64,000 nt of DNA from Vicugna vicugna (GCA_013265495.1 MU058531.1:1922911-1986910); one strand, 5' to 3'; counted from the stretch's first letter, positions 26,778 through 39,139 are shown. Notes: a model not told the origin generated them from the letters alone. A program made the numbers and translations.

Positions 26778-26890
26778 GGGGGTTTGGGGGAATGTTAATT
26801 AAATTTACTTATTTATTTACTTTCAGAGAAAGTACTGGGGATCGAACCCAGGACCTGGTGCATGCTAAGCACTTGAGCTATCCCCACCCC
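26778..26890 (-). mobile_element. tRNA-derived SINE of the same family, antisense to the other three, with a small internal deletion
   Basis: Reverse complement reads gatagctcaagtgcttagcatgcaccaggtcctgggttcgatccccagtac followed by an aaataaataagtaaatttaattaa tail. Confidence 0.85.
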
Positions 26891-27249
26891 TCGCCCCGCC
26901 CCACCCGCCCCTCCCGGGCTCGCTAAAAACTGCTTTTCTTTAGTTTCTTTTGTAACCATGTATTTCTGTGGAAGTTCTGGTAAGGATCATAAACCTACCT
27001 TTGGCTGAATTATTTACCTTCTAAATTCTTATCTCCTGATTATTAATCAGCTTTGTATAACTGCTTATCTCCAAAGACAAAATCTTTTTAAGGATAAAGG
27101 CAAAAATCAAACGTAAGCTTGGTAGTAAAAAAAAAATACCAATTTATATCATATAGTCTCCTCAGATAGCCTTCAAGAAATCTCAAAGACTATAACATTA
27201 ATATATAATAGCAACAGTTAGTCCTGAAAGCATTAATTTTTCTTTTCGA

Positions 27250-27512
27250 AGTTTCCCAAAGGATGTTCTGTGAAGTGCAGGTCCCTATGGCTGTTCTGCC
27301 AGAGAAGCAGTGTTTGGGAGAAGTTATAAACCACCCCTTCCTTCTTGGAATTTCATGGCACCCATTGGTGTATATTAATTGAAGGCTCTAAGAAGTTCTA
27401 CAGGAAAGGAACCTGTTCAAATGTTGTTTAACACAGCATTTCCAAAATTATTTCCACTGAACCTATTTTCTGCATTAACACCCATCAATAGCCACACTTT
27501 GGATAATACTGT
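27250..27512. mobile_element. MER103C-like element
   Basis: gtttcccaaa..aaggctctaagaagttctaca..aacctgtt..gtttaacacagcatttccaaaattattt..cacactttgg. Confidence 0.65.
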
Positions 27513-28179
27513 CCTATTAGATCTTACTCTTAACGTATCAAAATACAGCATAAGGTTGAACTAACTGAATAAAATGTTGTAGAAACTTCACTCCAATCAA
27601 GGCCTCTCCCTCACTTATTTCCTACTCTTGCTCTAAAAGAGTTAACTAAAGCTTCATCTTAGTTAAAACTGGAAGTCATTAATGGGGGATAAGATTAGGT
27701 CAAATGCTAGGGGAAAATACTAAGAAATGCAATATAGGTCACTCATTTGGACAGGATGCTCTAAAATAACATCATTTCCTAAAAGAACATTTCACTGAAA
27801 ATTTGCAAAAGCCTCTAAGTTAAAATTAAATAGAAAATGCATTTTTATTATATCTTTAATAACAGGATAAGAGAAACACAGTTTTAGTAAAACTGTTTTA
27901 AACACAAACCTTAGGGCTTCAAGTTTCTGAACATGACCAAGTCTCCGTATAGCCTTAGAATTCTCTCAGTTTAGACAACTATTTAGACTGTTGACATTCA
28001 TCTACCGATAACTAGGGTTACCTTGAGCTCATTTTGAACATCTCACCCTGTATTTCATCCTTGTCTGGTCCTCTCTTTTTACAGACATCCATCCCATGAG
28101 CATTCCACTGCACAGTGCCTGCCTTTTCAAAATCTGTCTCAAGGCAGCTCCAAAAAGCAACCAAACTGTTGAGAGACAA

Positions 28180-28213
28180 CAGTGCAATCTGGTGGCCAGT
28201 TCAGGAAATTGCC
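28180..28213 (-). promoter_or_regulatory. Possible CTCF site with upstream module
   Basis: Reverse complement GGCAATTTCC-TGAAC-TGGCCACCAGATTGCACTG: core with one G>T mismatch plus a TGCAAT/TGCAGT-like upstream motif at about 5-bp spacing. Confidence 0.45.
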
Positions 28214-30049
28214 TGACTAATCCCCCTTCCCTGCCGTTTGTTCTCTTTCGTACGAGTTATCCATAAAGCACATGGCTCAGCAAGCCCCCAACCCTGCCCC
28301 ATTTCGTTTTTCCTCTTCTCAATACTCTTCAAACTCCTACTCAAGTTCCTCAGGAAAAAGTCCCCATTTTTCTCTCCCTAAACCAACAATCCTTTCAATC
28401 GACATGAATCAGAAAAACAATACTGCAGAACCATCAGGACTGCTCTCCCCAGTTAGCAGCAGCGTCCCGGCTCTTCTGACAGCCAGGATGAGTCAGCTAA
28501 ACCTCGGTCCGCTGACATACAGCTGCAACGGCTCAGCTCGGCTCTAGTGGTAATGAACTCAGACCCACCCCGGTTGTCAGCAATTCTATTTTAAGCATCA
28601 CAGACCTCACAGAATGACTGGAGTGCCCCACAGTATCACAAACAAACCAGTTTGTGGTTTATGAGGCATCTTTATCTCTTCCATGGTGTAAGGGGTTGTT
28701 TTATTATTATTAACCACCAAAACTAACAACCATAACAGCAATAATTGTGGTTTGGACTCTTCAAAGTACATTCATATTTGGTATCTCACCTCAACCTAAT
28801 TTTTACCGCATAGCTCCCTACAAATAGCTCATCCAACTTCGAGGAGTTTAGGTGCTACCTATTCTCAAATGCTGCCCTCCACCCCATGAGGAAAAGGAGA
28901 TACCCTCCCTGTATCTTCTAGGGGAAGTGGACAGAAAGGAACCTAACAGATGCTCAGAGTCGTTGGCCTTGGTAAGACTTCTGCACCCTGGGCAGCCTGG
29001 GGCCTCCAGGCAGAACCCCATTGAGACTCAAAGCAAAAAGCTCTTAACTCACACTGTTCCTCCCGTTCCTCAGATACTTGTAGATCACAGGTCCCAGAGA
29101 ACCTCAATAAACAGAGAGGACTCCTCCCAGACAGGGAGCCAAAAGTGACCCTGGGGATGCTCCAGGCCCACCATCAGCATCCAGGAGTAGTCCAGGTACA
29201 AAAAGGAAACTGGTGCCAATGCACCAAGCTGCACAGCTTGCCTGATGCATGGAAACCACAGGCTCACAGCCCCGCTGGGACCTTCAGTTACTGTGAACAA
29301 TTCAAACAGCACTCTGTGCGCTGTTTCATAAGGGCATCCAGTACAAAAATAGAGCATGTATAAACTGTGCCCGGAAAACGGTGATGTACATCCTTCCTCT
29401 ATGCGTGATAAAATAAAGCCATTATCAATTAGATGCTATGATTAATGCCCGTGTACAGTGTGTGTAAGATTCAAGGAAACACCTTCACTCTAAAGGCTCT
29501 CCAGACTCCCTCAGGAACATCTGACCACTCAGCCTTCTGAGCCACCCCCCACCTTAACTACTCCCTGTAATACTTCCACCAGAGCACCTCCGACTCCTTA
29601 CTCCACGTACTGTTCACAGGTCTACTTCCCTCCATCGGACTCTCGGGGCCTCCGAGGCTGCGACCATTTCTCTGTGTGGGCCCCCACTGCCCGGCACAGT
29701 GCCAGCCCTCAGTGAGTGCTCTGTGCTCATCCGCGTTCTGGTGAACTAACGGAGGTTCTCCTGAGGGCAGACAGCGGCGCTATAAGAAGATGCCCAGCAG
29801 CTGGCCCTCTACAGCTCCCAGGTCACTCTCCTCACTCCACTGACAGCTGCCTTCCAGGGGCACGGAAGTACAGTGTGTCTGCTCACAGTCAGCGCCCCAG
29901 GATGTGGGCCTCCTTGGCGCCCAGTTCTGATGTCACCAGGTGACCTCCTCGGTGATCAGAATTGCCTAGGGTCATCATCACTGCCGACGTTCCTGCAACA
30001 CTTGGAAAGTGTAAGCGTAACAGATTTCCTTTTGGAAGAAGGAAGCACT

Positions 30050-30240
30050 TTGGAGCACCTACCCTGCACCACTGTGCTAGGCATTACACACACTGTCATG
30101 CTTACCCTCGCCATGACCGTTATGCTCTAAAAATTATCCCTACTTTAAAGATAAGGAAACTAAGGCTCAGAAGAGTGACGTCAACTCAGGACTGAAACCC
30201 TGGTTTATCTGACCCAAAGTGTCAGATACTCTTCCCACTG
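30050..30240 (-). mobile_element. MIR SINE
   Basis: ttaaagataaggaaactaaggctcagaagagtga. Confidence 0.7.
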
Positions 30241-31223
30241 CAATGACCTGTGTGCCTGCAAGGCTCTCTGTCATCCAGGCTACTGGCCACCAGCTCTGCT
30301 TCCCAACAGTCTCCTGGAAAAGTCAAAATGCATTTTCACTTGTGAGCGATTAGCCTCTCTCTTCTTTCCAAACTCATCTGGCCCATTTCCAGTGCATTAA
30401 GAAATGACCCACCGATTCTTCTTAAAGCTATAACAAAACTAGCGGTTAGAAAAGCTCAAGAAAATGATTTAGCAATGAAACTGGCACTCAGTACAGCCAC
30501 CTCAACTTCCAGGTTCATAGCCTCAGGCACTCATGCTCTGCAGCCAGACAATTCTGTCCAATGTCTACATAAATGTGTATTTTCAGCTCCATGGTGCCAG
30601 GACAAGGATGTTGTCACTGGCATGCTGATCACTAAAACTCCTGAGAGGAATGTACACAGAAAAGTTCAAGTGATCTAAGTTTTTCCTGGAAAGAAGCCTA
30701 TTCTTTGAGTGAGCTTCATGGAATATGAATTCCACCAAAATCTTCTCAAGTATTATCCCCAAAGTAATATGATGTGCTGGATTAAACAGTATTACACAAA
30801 TTTATCTATTGCAAGACTCCTCAGAAACCTTAATACACCAATGCTTCCCAAATGTTTTTGGCTATGGAATCTTTAATTAGAGGAGAAATTGGATATAAAG
30901 CGCATTAAGTAAGTGCTCAGTAAGTGACATCTATTATTATCATAAGCAAACCTCTATCAACCTTCCTCTCAAGAGACCAGTGTTTGATGAGACACATGTT
31001 CTTTAGAACACACTTTGGAAAACACTATGATTCCTCAGGGGATGGTATTGGCTGTTTTGTCCACTGGATACCATTTTGTATGCTGAAACTGCAGCACCTT
31101 TCAGACCTCCCTGGAAAGGAATCACAGCTTCCAAAGACTCAAACGCTGAGAAACTCTGGACCCGTTTGCAAATTCAGAGACTCAGCAGGAAAAAAATAGG
31201 ACTTATTATGAATAGGAGGTACT

Positions 31224-31377
31224 GCTGGAGGGTATAGCTCAGTGGTAGAGTGCGTGCTTCGCATGCACAAGGTCCTGGGTTCAATCCCCAGTACCTCCAT
31301 TAAAAATAATTAAGTAAATAAATCTAATTACCTTCCCTCTGGGGGAAAAAACCTTTAAAAAAAAAAAAAAGAAACTA
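31224..31377 (+). mobile_element. tRNA-derived SINE, camelid Vic-1-like, relatively young
   Basis: Body ggagggtatagctcagtggtagag...ggtcctgggttcaatccccagtacctcc plus poly(A). Perfect 16-bp TSD atgaataggaggtact at 31208-31223 and 31378-31393. Confidence 0.92.
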
Positions 31378-31639
31378 ATGAATAGGAGGTACTCTTTCGT
31401 TTTAGAGGAGGAATTCCTTCTTTGGAGAAATTCCTATGATGGAAGGTGCCCAAACCATGAATTTAGACCAAGGATTCAAGGAACAAATAAATCAAGATCA
31501 GAAGTGCTAAAGCTTTCCAAGGTGGGACATGACACAAAACCGGATCTAACTGAGCCAGGATAAAATTATATTTACTGTCTTAGGAGGCAGTAGGTGGAGA
31601 ATGAAAGTTTGAGGACATATATCACAAACCCAAGGGCTG

Positions 31640-32170
31640 AAACCATCAATCAAGACTGCTGTATAAGCCCCTACCTATTTCTCCCAGTTTAATTTCCCTC
31701 TATTCCCTTTCACACATTCATGTTTCATTTAACCAACCAACCTAAGTGTTCATTCATACCACACCATTTCTCATTTCTGTGTTCTTACTGTTACCTTTCT
31801 CCAAAATGTCTATTCCCCCACACCGCCACACTTCTTTTGGCCAATCTCCAAACCCTCTCCAACCTTGAAGGCCTTGTTCAAACATCACTTCATCCAAGAA
31901 GCTTTCTTTCATCACTCCAGGTGCATATAAACTGTTTAAAGTACTTAATCTATATCTTCATTGTATTTGTTATTTTTCTTAATCAGACAAATATTTGAGA
32001 ATCTTTTATGTGCCAGGCTCTATAGATCTGGGTATTTAACACTTGTTTCATCTACTTATTATACTATTAGCTTTCTGAACACAGGATTTTATGTCTGATT
32101 CAAAGTAAGTTCTAATTCACAGTAATCAGTACTAATGCGTCGCCCACAGTAGGGAGTCAAATGTGGTCTG
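31640..32170 (+). mobile_element. Decayed L2 fragment(s)
   Basis: aaggctgtataagccc-like opening; ttgaaggccttgttcaaacatcacttcatccaagaagctttc; ttagctttctgaacacagga. Confidence 0.55.
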
Positions 32171-35059
32171 AAGGAAGAAAGGCAGGCACAGAATTTTAAA
32201 AAGGTGGCTGCACATGGGCTGGAGATGGTTATCATAGAAGGCATGATTCACTATGGATGGTGTAGTGATCTGAGAAGGCTTCAGCAAAGAGATGGCATTT
32301 GTGAGGGGTCTGCAAATAAGAGTAGGAATTAGAAATTGAAATGGGGGCAGAAATATTTCTGTTGATTGGGGTTCAGGAGAAAAAGCAGAAAAAGCTAAGG
32401 TTGGAAAAAATCTGAAGCTTGACTGGGAAGGTCCTAAATCCTAGGCAAAGGGATCTGGACTGTATTTGTAACTAAAAAAAAGGTGATCAAAAATGCTAGA
32501 GATTCCTCTGATATATAAATGGGGGTAGGAGACACTGGAATGACAGACAGATTAGACAGAATTAAAAATTAAAGAATTAAACCAGTCTCTATTTTCAGCT
32601 TCCTTTTTTCCCAACATCTTTTTTCAATTTTTGTCTTTCTAGTTTTAAGTGGACGACCTGAGCAATAACCTGAAGAACTGACCTTACATAAGCACACCTC
32701 AGTCTGGTAAGACCGTTCTTAAGTGTATAGCAAAGTCAACCTGTCTTATTTCAGGATATTTATAAATTGCGATTATGCTATAAATCATAAGGAAGAAGAA
32801 TTAGGAAACTTCTCTGATACTCATCTCCAGGTGTTTGCTATCCCACATCTCTGGCCCAAGTGTTCTAGGAGGTGAGAACCACAATATTATCTCCCTCCTC
32901 ACCTCCTTTTCAGCCCCTCAGTTTACTAGACCCTCTTAGGTTTCCTGCTCTATCAGCCTGCTGTCTTGAACCTCCAGCTTCAGCCTATTTATACATTCAA
33001 AAAGTTGAGTCCCCTCAACAAGAGGACCGCTGTCACAATGTCTGCCTGCTTCACTGGAAGCAAGGAAAAGGACACAGCTCTCTTCGGGGATGCTGGGGGC
33101 ATCTGGGCTGTGGAACTCGTCTTGTGGGAGGAGAGGGGAAAAAATTATAGATCTATAAGCTTTGCCAGCACTCCTGCTCTTGACAATTTGTCTTCCATTC
33201 GTTAGGACTGAGGGGCCAATTAATCAGGCCATAAATACAGTTTCTTTTGCCATCTTTCAAGATCAGCCTTAAACCATGTGATTGACCTAATCCACACAAA
33301 GGGAGTCGGGGGCTGATTTGGGGGAAGGGAGAAGGGCAAAGGATAGAAAATCTGTGAGGTCGCTTTGGAACATGGTATATATTCCCAAGGAGAAATTCAG
33401 GGAGGAGCGGAGAGAACTACACAACAGAATGAGGCACTAGGATCCTGAAAGGTAGTCAAGCTCAGAAGTAGAAAAACCGAGAAAGCCACAGCTCAGAAGG
33501 TTTGGTGCATGAGCTTTAGAGGCTGACTCTCCTTTGAGCCCAGGTCCTCACTTATTCCGAGAGATGTATCCCAGCTCTCACTTTCTGCGGGAACACCCAA
33601 AACCAGGCGGAGTGTACCGAAACCTGGTAGGGAAGTGTGGCCAAAGGGGGCTGGGAGTGGTGGATGCAGGGCTGAAGCCAAGAAAGAGAAGGTTTCAAAA
33701 ACGGAGCCAAAAGAGCCAGAACCCAAAATGAGATCCAGTTCATTAGGATTACAGGTACTTAGGGACTTCTGTGTTTCTCATCCTAAGTTTTATTCAAATT
33801 GTTTGTGCTGGAAATTCTGAGTATGCCTGGGTCAAAGAAACACGCGATCAGCAGCCACCACTCAGAATTCACCAAGCTCTCATAAAACTGCTCCACTCAA
33901 GCTCAGAAAATGAGAACTGCAATAAGGCAGAAATTTGTAGAAACACAAACAATGAAAGTTAGTTTCCCCATAAACATTTCCCAAACAGATAATTACACTA
34001 ATTAATTTCAAAAGTCCTCCATGCTGAGGGTAATACATGTGTTTGGAGTGAAAACACTCAAAAGTAACAGCGCTGCCTCCACACCACCTCCGGCTGCAAC
34101 CACCACGGCTCATTCCCTCTCACAGGATGTCCAGTCCCGTGAGAACGTGCCCTGATGAAGCGTGGTCTCCTCCTCCTTCCACGGAGCCGGTGCCTTGACC
34201 CTTCCAAGGTACACACGCCCCATCCGCTCATCTCCGTCTCCTCCCCTCAATTCTGCTCTGGGTACGATGACCTCAGTGTGTACCCCTACCCCTCTGCCAC
34301 TTTCTAGATATAAACACATTTCCAATCTCTCCTCCAGGGCACGACCAACCCCACCTGCACCCTTCCCAAATCACTCCCACTCCCCTTCCACTGATGTGCC
34401 AGTGGCCGAGGCTCTCTGGAGGTTGACCATTTACCCCTCAGACATTGTATCTCAGACCCAGCTCAACTGGGTTCAGTCTTTCTAATTTCATATTATTCCA
34501 AAGATACAGAAGTTACTGCAGCTTTCTTATTTACCCAGAGGAAATAGTGCACCTTCCCATTCTCCCTCACAACACACAGCCTCTCCACACTGTTAACATT
34601 AAGACTAAAGTCAACAAAGGCTCCCTGCTCTTTTTCCCAACCCACTATTTTCTGCTGTTTCCCTGTATAGCTACCTTATCCAACACTGTTAGCTGTCGTT
34701 ACCAAAATTTGCTAATGGCTCCAGAATTTGAAAATTATAGTGGTACTTTCACACTCGCTAAAACCCTTGCTTCTTTGCTTCTTCTTCTGCCTCAGTTATT
34801 GTGCTGTGAGTCAGTATCCCCAGTCTTTAGTAACTCCCTCTTCCTCACAAGCCACACTCTCCTGCTCACAGGCAGCCAAGGTCCAGTGTCATTCTTTTGC
34901 AGCCAATTGCAAACCCTGTTCTAGGTGTCACCATTCTTTTCAAAAGATGTTACTCTGTAGATGAGCTCTAGTCTTGCTCTCCTGAATCCTCTAGTGCTAT
35001 GTAGGGCTAATAGCTCGATTTGCCCAAGTACCCAACCTTGCCAAATGCCTTCATGTTCA

Positions 35060-35230
35060 TTTTCCTCTGATCTGAGCATCTCAACATCCCAGAGAGGAAC
35101 CATTATTCTCATTTTATAGATAAGGAAACCAAGATGCAGCAAGGATTAGGTGACTTCATTCAGAGTCAAGAAGATATTCACATGCTCAAACTGGGAACTT
35201 CTATGCCCAACCACAACTCTTTCTCCAGAC
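35060..35230 (-). mobile_element. MIR SINE
   Basis: attattctcattttatagataaggaaaccaag..gattaggtgactt. Confidence 0.65.
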
Positions 35231-36126
35231 ACATTTCTGAGAATAAAACTAGCTGTCAAGCCAGCCCCACACTCTGGTGTAAGCCCTCCAGGGGCTTCTG
35301 CAGGCCCCGTGATAGACACTTGCCTTACTCCCTTATCCACATCACTATGTTTACTCTATTTCCCACTCCTCACATCAAGTCCTGACATACCAACTCACTT
35401 CCCTGCCAGCCTTACTTCTGCCGTGTTAACTAAGTTTTTTCTTCCGCTCTAAATACAGTCTTGCCCCTTCTTCATGGGTATCCTCTCTGCCAGGAGAAAG
35501 GAAGCAATCTTTCTCTCTTACCCTGTGACTTACCCCCTCACACTCTCTGAAACCACAAACTCAACCACAATTCTGTATGAGTGTACACTTATTTATGATT
35601 CGGGGTCCATGTTCTCTGTCCTTTCCCTCCCTTGCCCTGTTTGAAGATACCCATTTTAGAGTATATGCTCCTGTCCCAGAGAGCTCTATTTAGCCAGCTG
35701 TGGGTACCACCCAGCACAATGCCTTGCATACAAAGGCACATAAACATAGATGATTACGATCTTTTAAAAAATAATAAATAAGTTACTCCTGTCCTTGCTC
35801 TGAAATAATGACAGAAACCAGCTGCCAAAACCACTAAGAGCATTATTTACTTCAATTCAGTTTCTGAATAGGAATTAGCTTAAAAGAGCTGTAAAGTGAA
35901 AGACAAGGGCACACTTGTTTACACGTGGTCCCAAAGGTACAAAACAAAACACTGAGTAATTTGTTATTAGCTTCCCATCAACAACAGTCCAGCTCCACTG
36001 CACAGCAAGGTCACCCCGGGTAAGAGGATCGTAGTTACCAGCATTCCCATGACAAGGAGGAGGCGATCAGCTGTTCTGATTGCACACGTGCTCTGGGAAG
36101 GCAACGGCTGGCTGAGTGTTACTTAC

Positions 36127-36245
36127 CGGTTTATCCTTGATGGTGGGGCTTGACACGCACAGGTACAGCTTCCCGTCTTCCTCTAGGCAGGCATCTATCA
36201 AAGCTTGTACTGAGCTCTCCTCCTGGAACAGCAGAAAGGCATAGC
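36127..36245 (-). CDS. CPEB3: CPEB3 coding exon (119 nt, phase 1-0): (G)YAFLLFQEESSVQALIDACLEEDGKLYLCVSSPTIKDKP; RRM1 RNP1 onward
   Basis: Not in the ORF track; found by reading the reverse strand. Acceptor ttctctccaag|GC, donor CCG|gtaagt. LEEDGK (not IEEDGK) favours CPEB3. Confidence 0.97.
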
Positions 36246-36614
36246 CTTGGAGAGAACAAAAACAAAAGGGTTGGGGGGAGGAATCAGTAAATGAAACTCA
36301 AAGTGTCATTAAAAATTCATCTCATTTCGCTTTGGCGAATTCTTACTAAAATCTAAGAACTTGAAGTGCGACCCAGGGAAGCAACAGTCACTGAGGACCT
36401 CATGTGTCGGGCACTGTATTAGCGGCTCAAAGACCTTGCCTGGCTTAATTCCCATAATTACTCAGGGGAGCGAGTTCAGAACGTTTCTATGGAATAGGTT
36501 TGGCCATCTTTAATGACAGCAGGCAGATGCACCATTGGTCTCACAACTGCCAGACAGGAACCAAACATCCCCTGCCCTGCAACTTCCACCAACCTTTAGG
36601 CTTGATACCTGTTA

Positions 36615-36940
36615 CAACAAGGATGTGCCCCGAAAACATAAGCTAAGGGAGAGAAGCCAGGCACCAAATATCACCTACCGTATGGCTCCATCTATATGGA
36701 ATGTCCAGAATAGGCAGATCTATAGTGGCAAAAAACAGATTAGTGGTTGCCTAGGGCGGAGACGGTGGAGGGAACAGGTACAGTGTTTCCTTGGGGCATG
36801 ATGAAAATTTTCTAAAATTGATTGTGGTATTGATTGCCTAACTCTGTGAACATACTGGAAACCACTGAACTGTACATTTTAAATGGGTGAACTGTGAATT
36901 ATATCTTAACAAAAGTCATCCAAAAAAATAAAAAAGCCCA
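36615..36940 (+). mobile_element. L1MB/MC-like 3' UTR fragment
   Basis: agaagccaggcaccaaata..tccatctatatggaatgtccagaataggca..cagattagtggttgcctaggg..tttaaatgggtgaa. Confidence 0.8.
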
Positions 36941-39139
36941 AAAGCCCAACAATAACCTAGGGTGTCTTTACACATTATGTCTGATGTGATGATCTGTTTC
37001 TTCAAGGATACTCTCATCTCATGGCCGAGTACATGCTCTGTAAAGGTGGACGCTGGCTGCAGGATGTCCATGGACGCAGCCAGCTTTGTTTATTAGCTCA
37101 GTTCACTAAAATTTACTGAGCAGCTGTTACAAGCAAGACACAACCTATGGATTATGAGAAAATTGAGATGAACGAGACTAGGTTTCTGCGGCCAAGAGAC
37201 TCACGTGGTAGAAGACACAGACTTTTAGACAATTAACCACTCGCTACAAAGCTGAGGGAGGGAAGTGGGGACGAAAAGTGCCACGGGCGCCCAGACGAGC
37301 AAGGTTTGTGACTTGAGAGAATCAGCAAAGACTTCAAAGGGGCCAGCTCTGGCACTTGCTGCCCCACTGGCATGCATGACTGGCAGCTGAGCAAAGGCCC
37401 ATCATGAGCTAGTCTAAGCCTGAACCTTCAGCCCTTCAGCCTCTCCACAATCCCTCTAGTTTTGCTAAGTCTCTCAGCTGTCACCTCCACTCGCAGTCCT
37501 GCTCCTGACCTCAAAGGACGCCATCACCAGTATAGGTCTCTGGAGCACTGTGTGCCAGGATGATGTAAGTGGTGAAGAAGGATAAGAACCCCTGTATTGA
37601 GAAGCTTCTCACACATCAAACAAAGATGCTAATCGACTGGCCTAGAAGCAAAGCTCTCTTGGAGGCCTGAGCAGCACGTAATGACAGTGACAGTGGACAA
37701 TGAATAACGAGTCTTCTTTTTTTTAACCTTTCCCCCAACTCCTCATCTACTAGAGACAGCATCCAAGCAAACATAGTAGGAAAAAAAATCAACCACTCTC
37801 CAACACACCAAGAGTGGCCAATGCAACAGGCAGAAGCACGCGGGGGAAAGTGCCAAGCTCACAGGAGTGGGTGTGGAGCTATAAGAGGGAGGCCGCCTAC
37901 CCGGCAGGACCTAGAGCTGTTTTCTGGGCTTTACTCTCAGGCTTAGATGGGTCAAAGGATTCAGCACGTGGCCAGGCAAGAAAAATAAAACCTAACTGCA
38001 AAACTAGAAAGGATAATACATCATTTCTTCATACTCTGTCTCTTTTGGAAATAGCATCAAATGATTACCACGCCCCAGGGAGTCTATTAAAACTTCGGTG
38101 TTTTCATTTAACGTGAGAACATTAATTACACTGGGCAAAGAGAATATTAGAGATCGGTGAGTTAAAAAATGCAAATGTCACAAAAAGGAGGTCTTAGCAC
38201 GTCCTCTCTAACCTCACCAGGTTAAATCCTGGTACGGATCTTCCACAAAAGTCCCGAGAGGCATACTGGATGTCTCGTTCTCAGAGAGGACCCCGCCTGT
38301 GCACAGTATGCGCTGCGGGGCATGCTCAGTGCGCTGGGGCTTCCTTCAGCTCCTCCCCTCGGCAAGGTCACCAGGCTGGCCGCACCTTTCCTGTACGTCG
38401 CCGCCCACCTTCTACCACCTTCCACTTCAAATCCTGCACTGCGTTCAACTTGAGCATCGGAGGAGAGCAAGGTTGTCTCCCCCTAGGGTAGCTACCAAGA
38501 AAGCACGCAGATTTTCACTCAGGCCTCTCTCACAGCCGTAAATGTCAGTACTTGCAAGAGACAGAGTAAAAACAACTGGGAGTCACAAGTAAAAGCCTGC
38601 TACAAATATTATTACCAAGAAAAATGTCTACAAACAACTTCTCTCCCTTGCCCAGGGAATGGACCAGAATACTCCAGCAATTTCTTTGGAATGGCTCTTT
38701 CACAACAAATCATCTTTACTCTCTGATCAGAAAGCTGCCACTCTCAATAATGACAATATTCTCTCAGCATCACAGACAAGGGGTGTGACTCAGGTCCAAC
38801 CATTTCCTTCAAGCCTACTTCCTACCTCAGGCCTTCCAACCCAAACAAAATTCACCAGAAACACCAAATCACCCATGAAAACAAGTTTATCATACGTTCA
38901 TCTTCTAAATACCTTTCTGATACCTCAGGGTCAACCAAACCCAGATGACAACAGAAATCAGAGAATTTTTAAAAAATCAGGAAGGAAGAATTCTTCAAAC
39001 ACGTTTCCCTTTTGAGCTTCAGAAATTCAAAGTCAAAGTAAACAAAGCAGAAAAAGATCCCTTCAAGAATAACAAGGTCAGCGCGAGACGGAAGTTAAAT
39101 CAATGACTGACTAAAAGGCATATCCCCCATGGCACTGCA

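Noticed and set aside
31228..31300. tRNA gene (also at 9668, 26778 and 62159)
   Set aside because: A and B boxes are present, but A-rich tails, TSDs and multiple diverged copies show these are SINEs.
33635..33760. Lys/Glu-rich stretch (AEAKKEKVSKTEPKEPEPK) suggesting a processed pseudogene
   Set aside because: No recognisable parent protein, poly(A) tail or TSD; purine-rich composition explains it.
34445..34924. Longest ORF in the track (159 aa) and the other non-CPEB3 ORFs
   Set aside because: No recognisable domain, mostly non-ATG starts, and many overlap decayed repeats; lengths are compatible with chance in intronic DNA.
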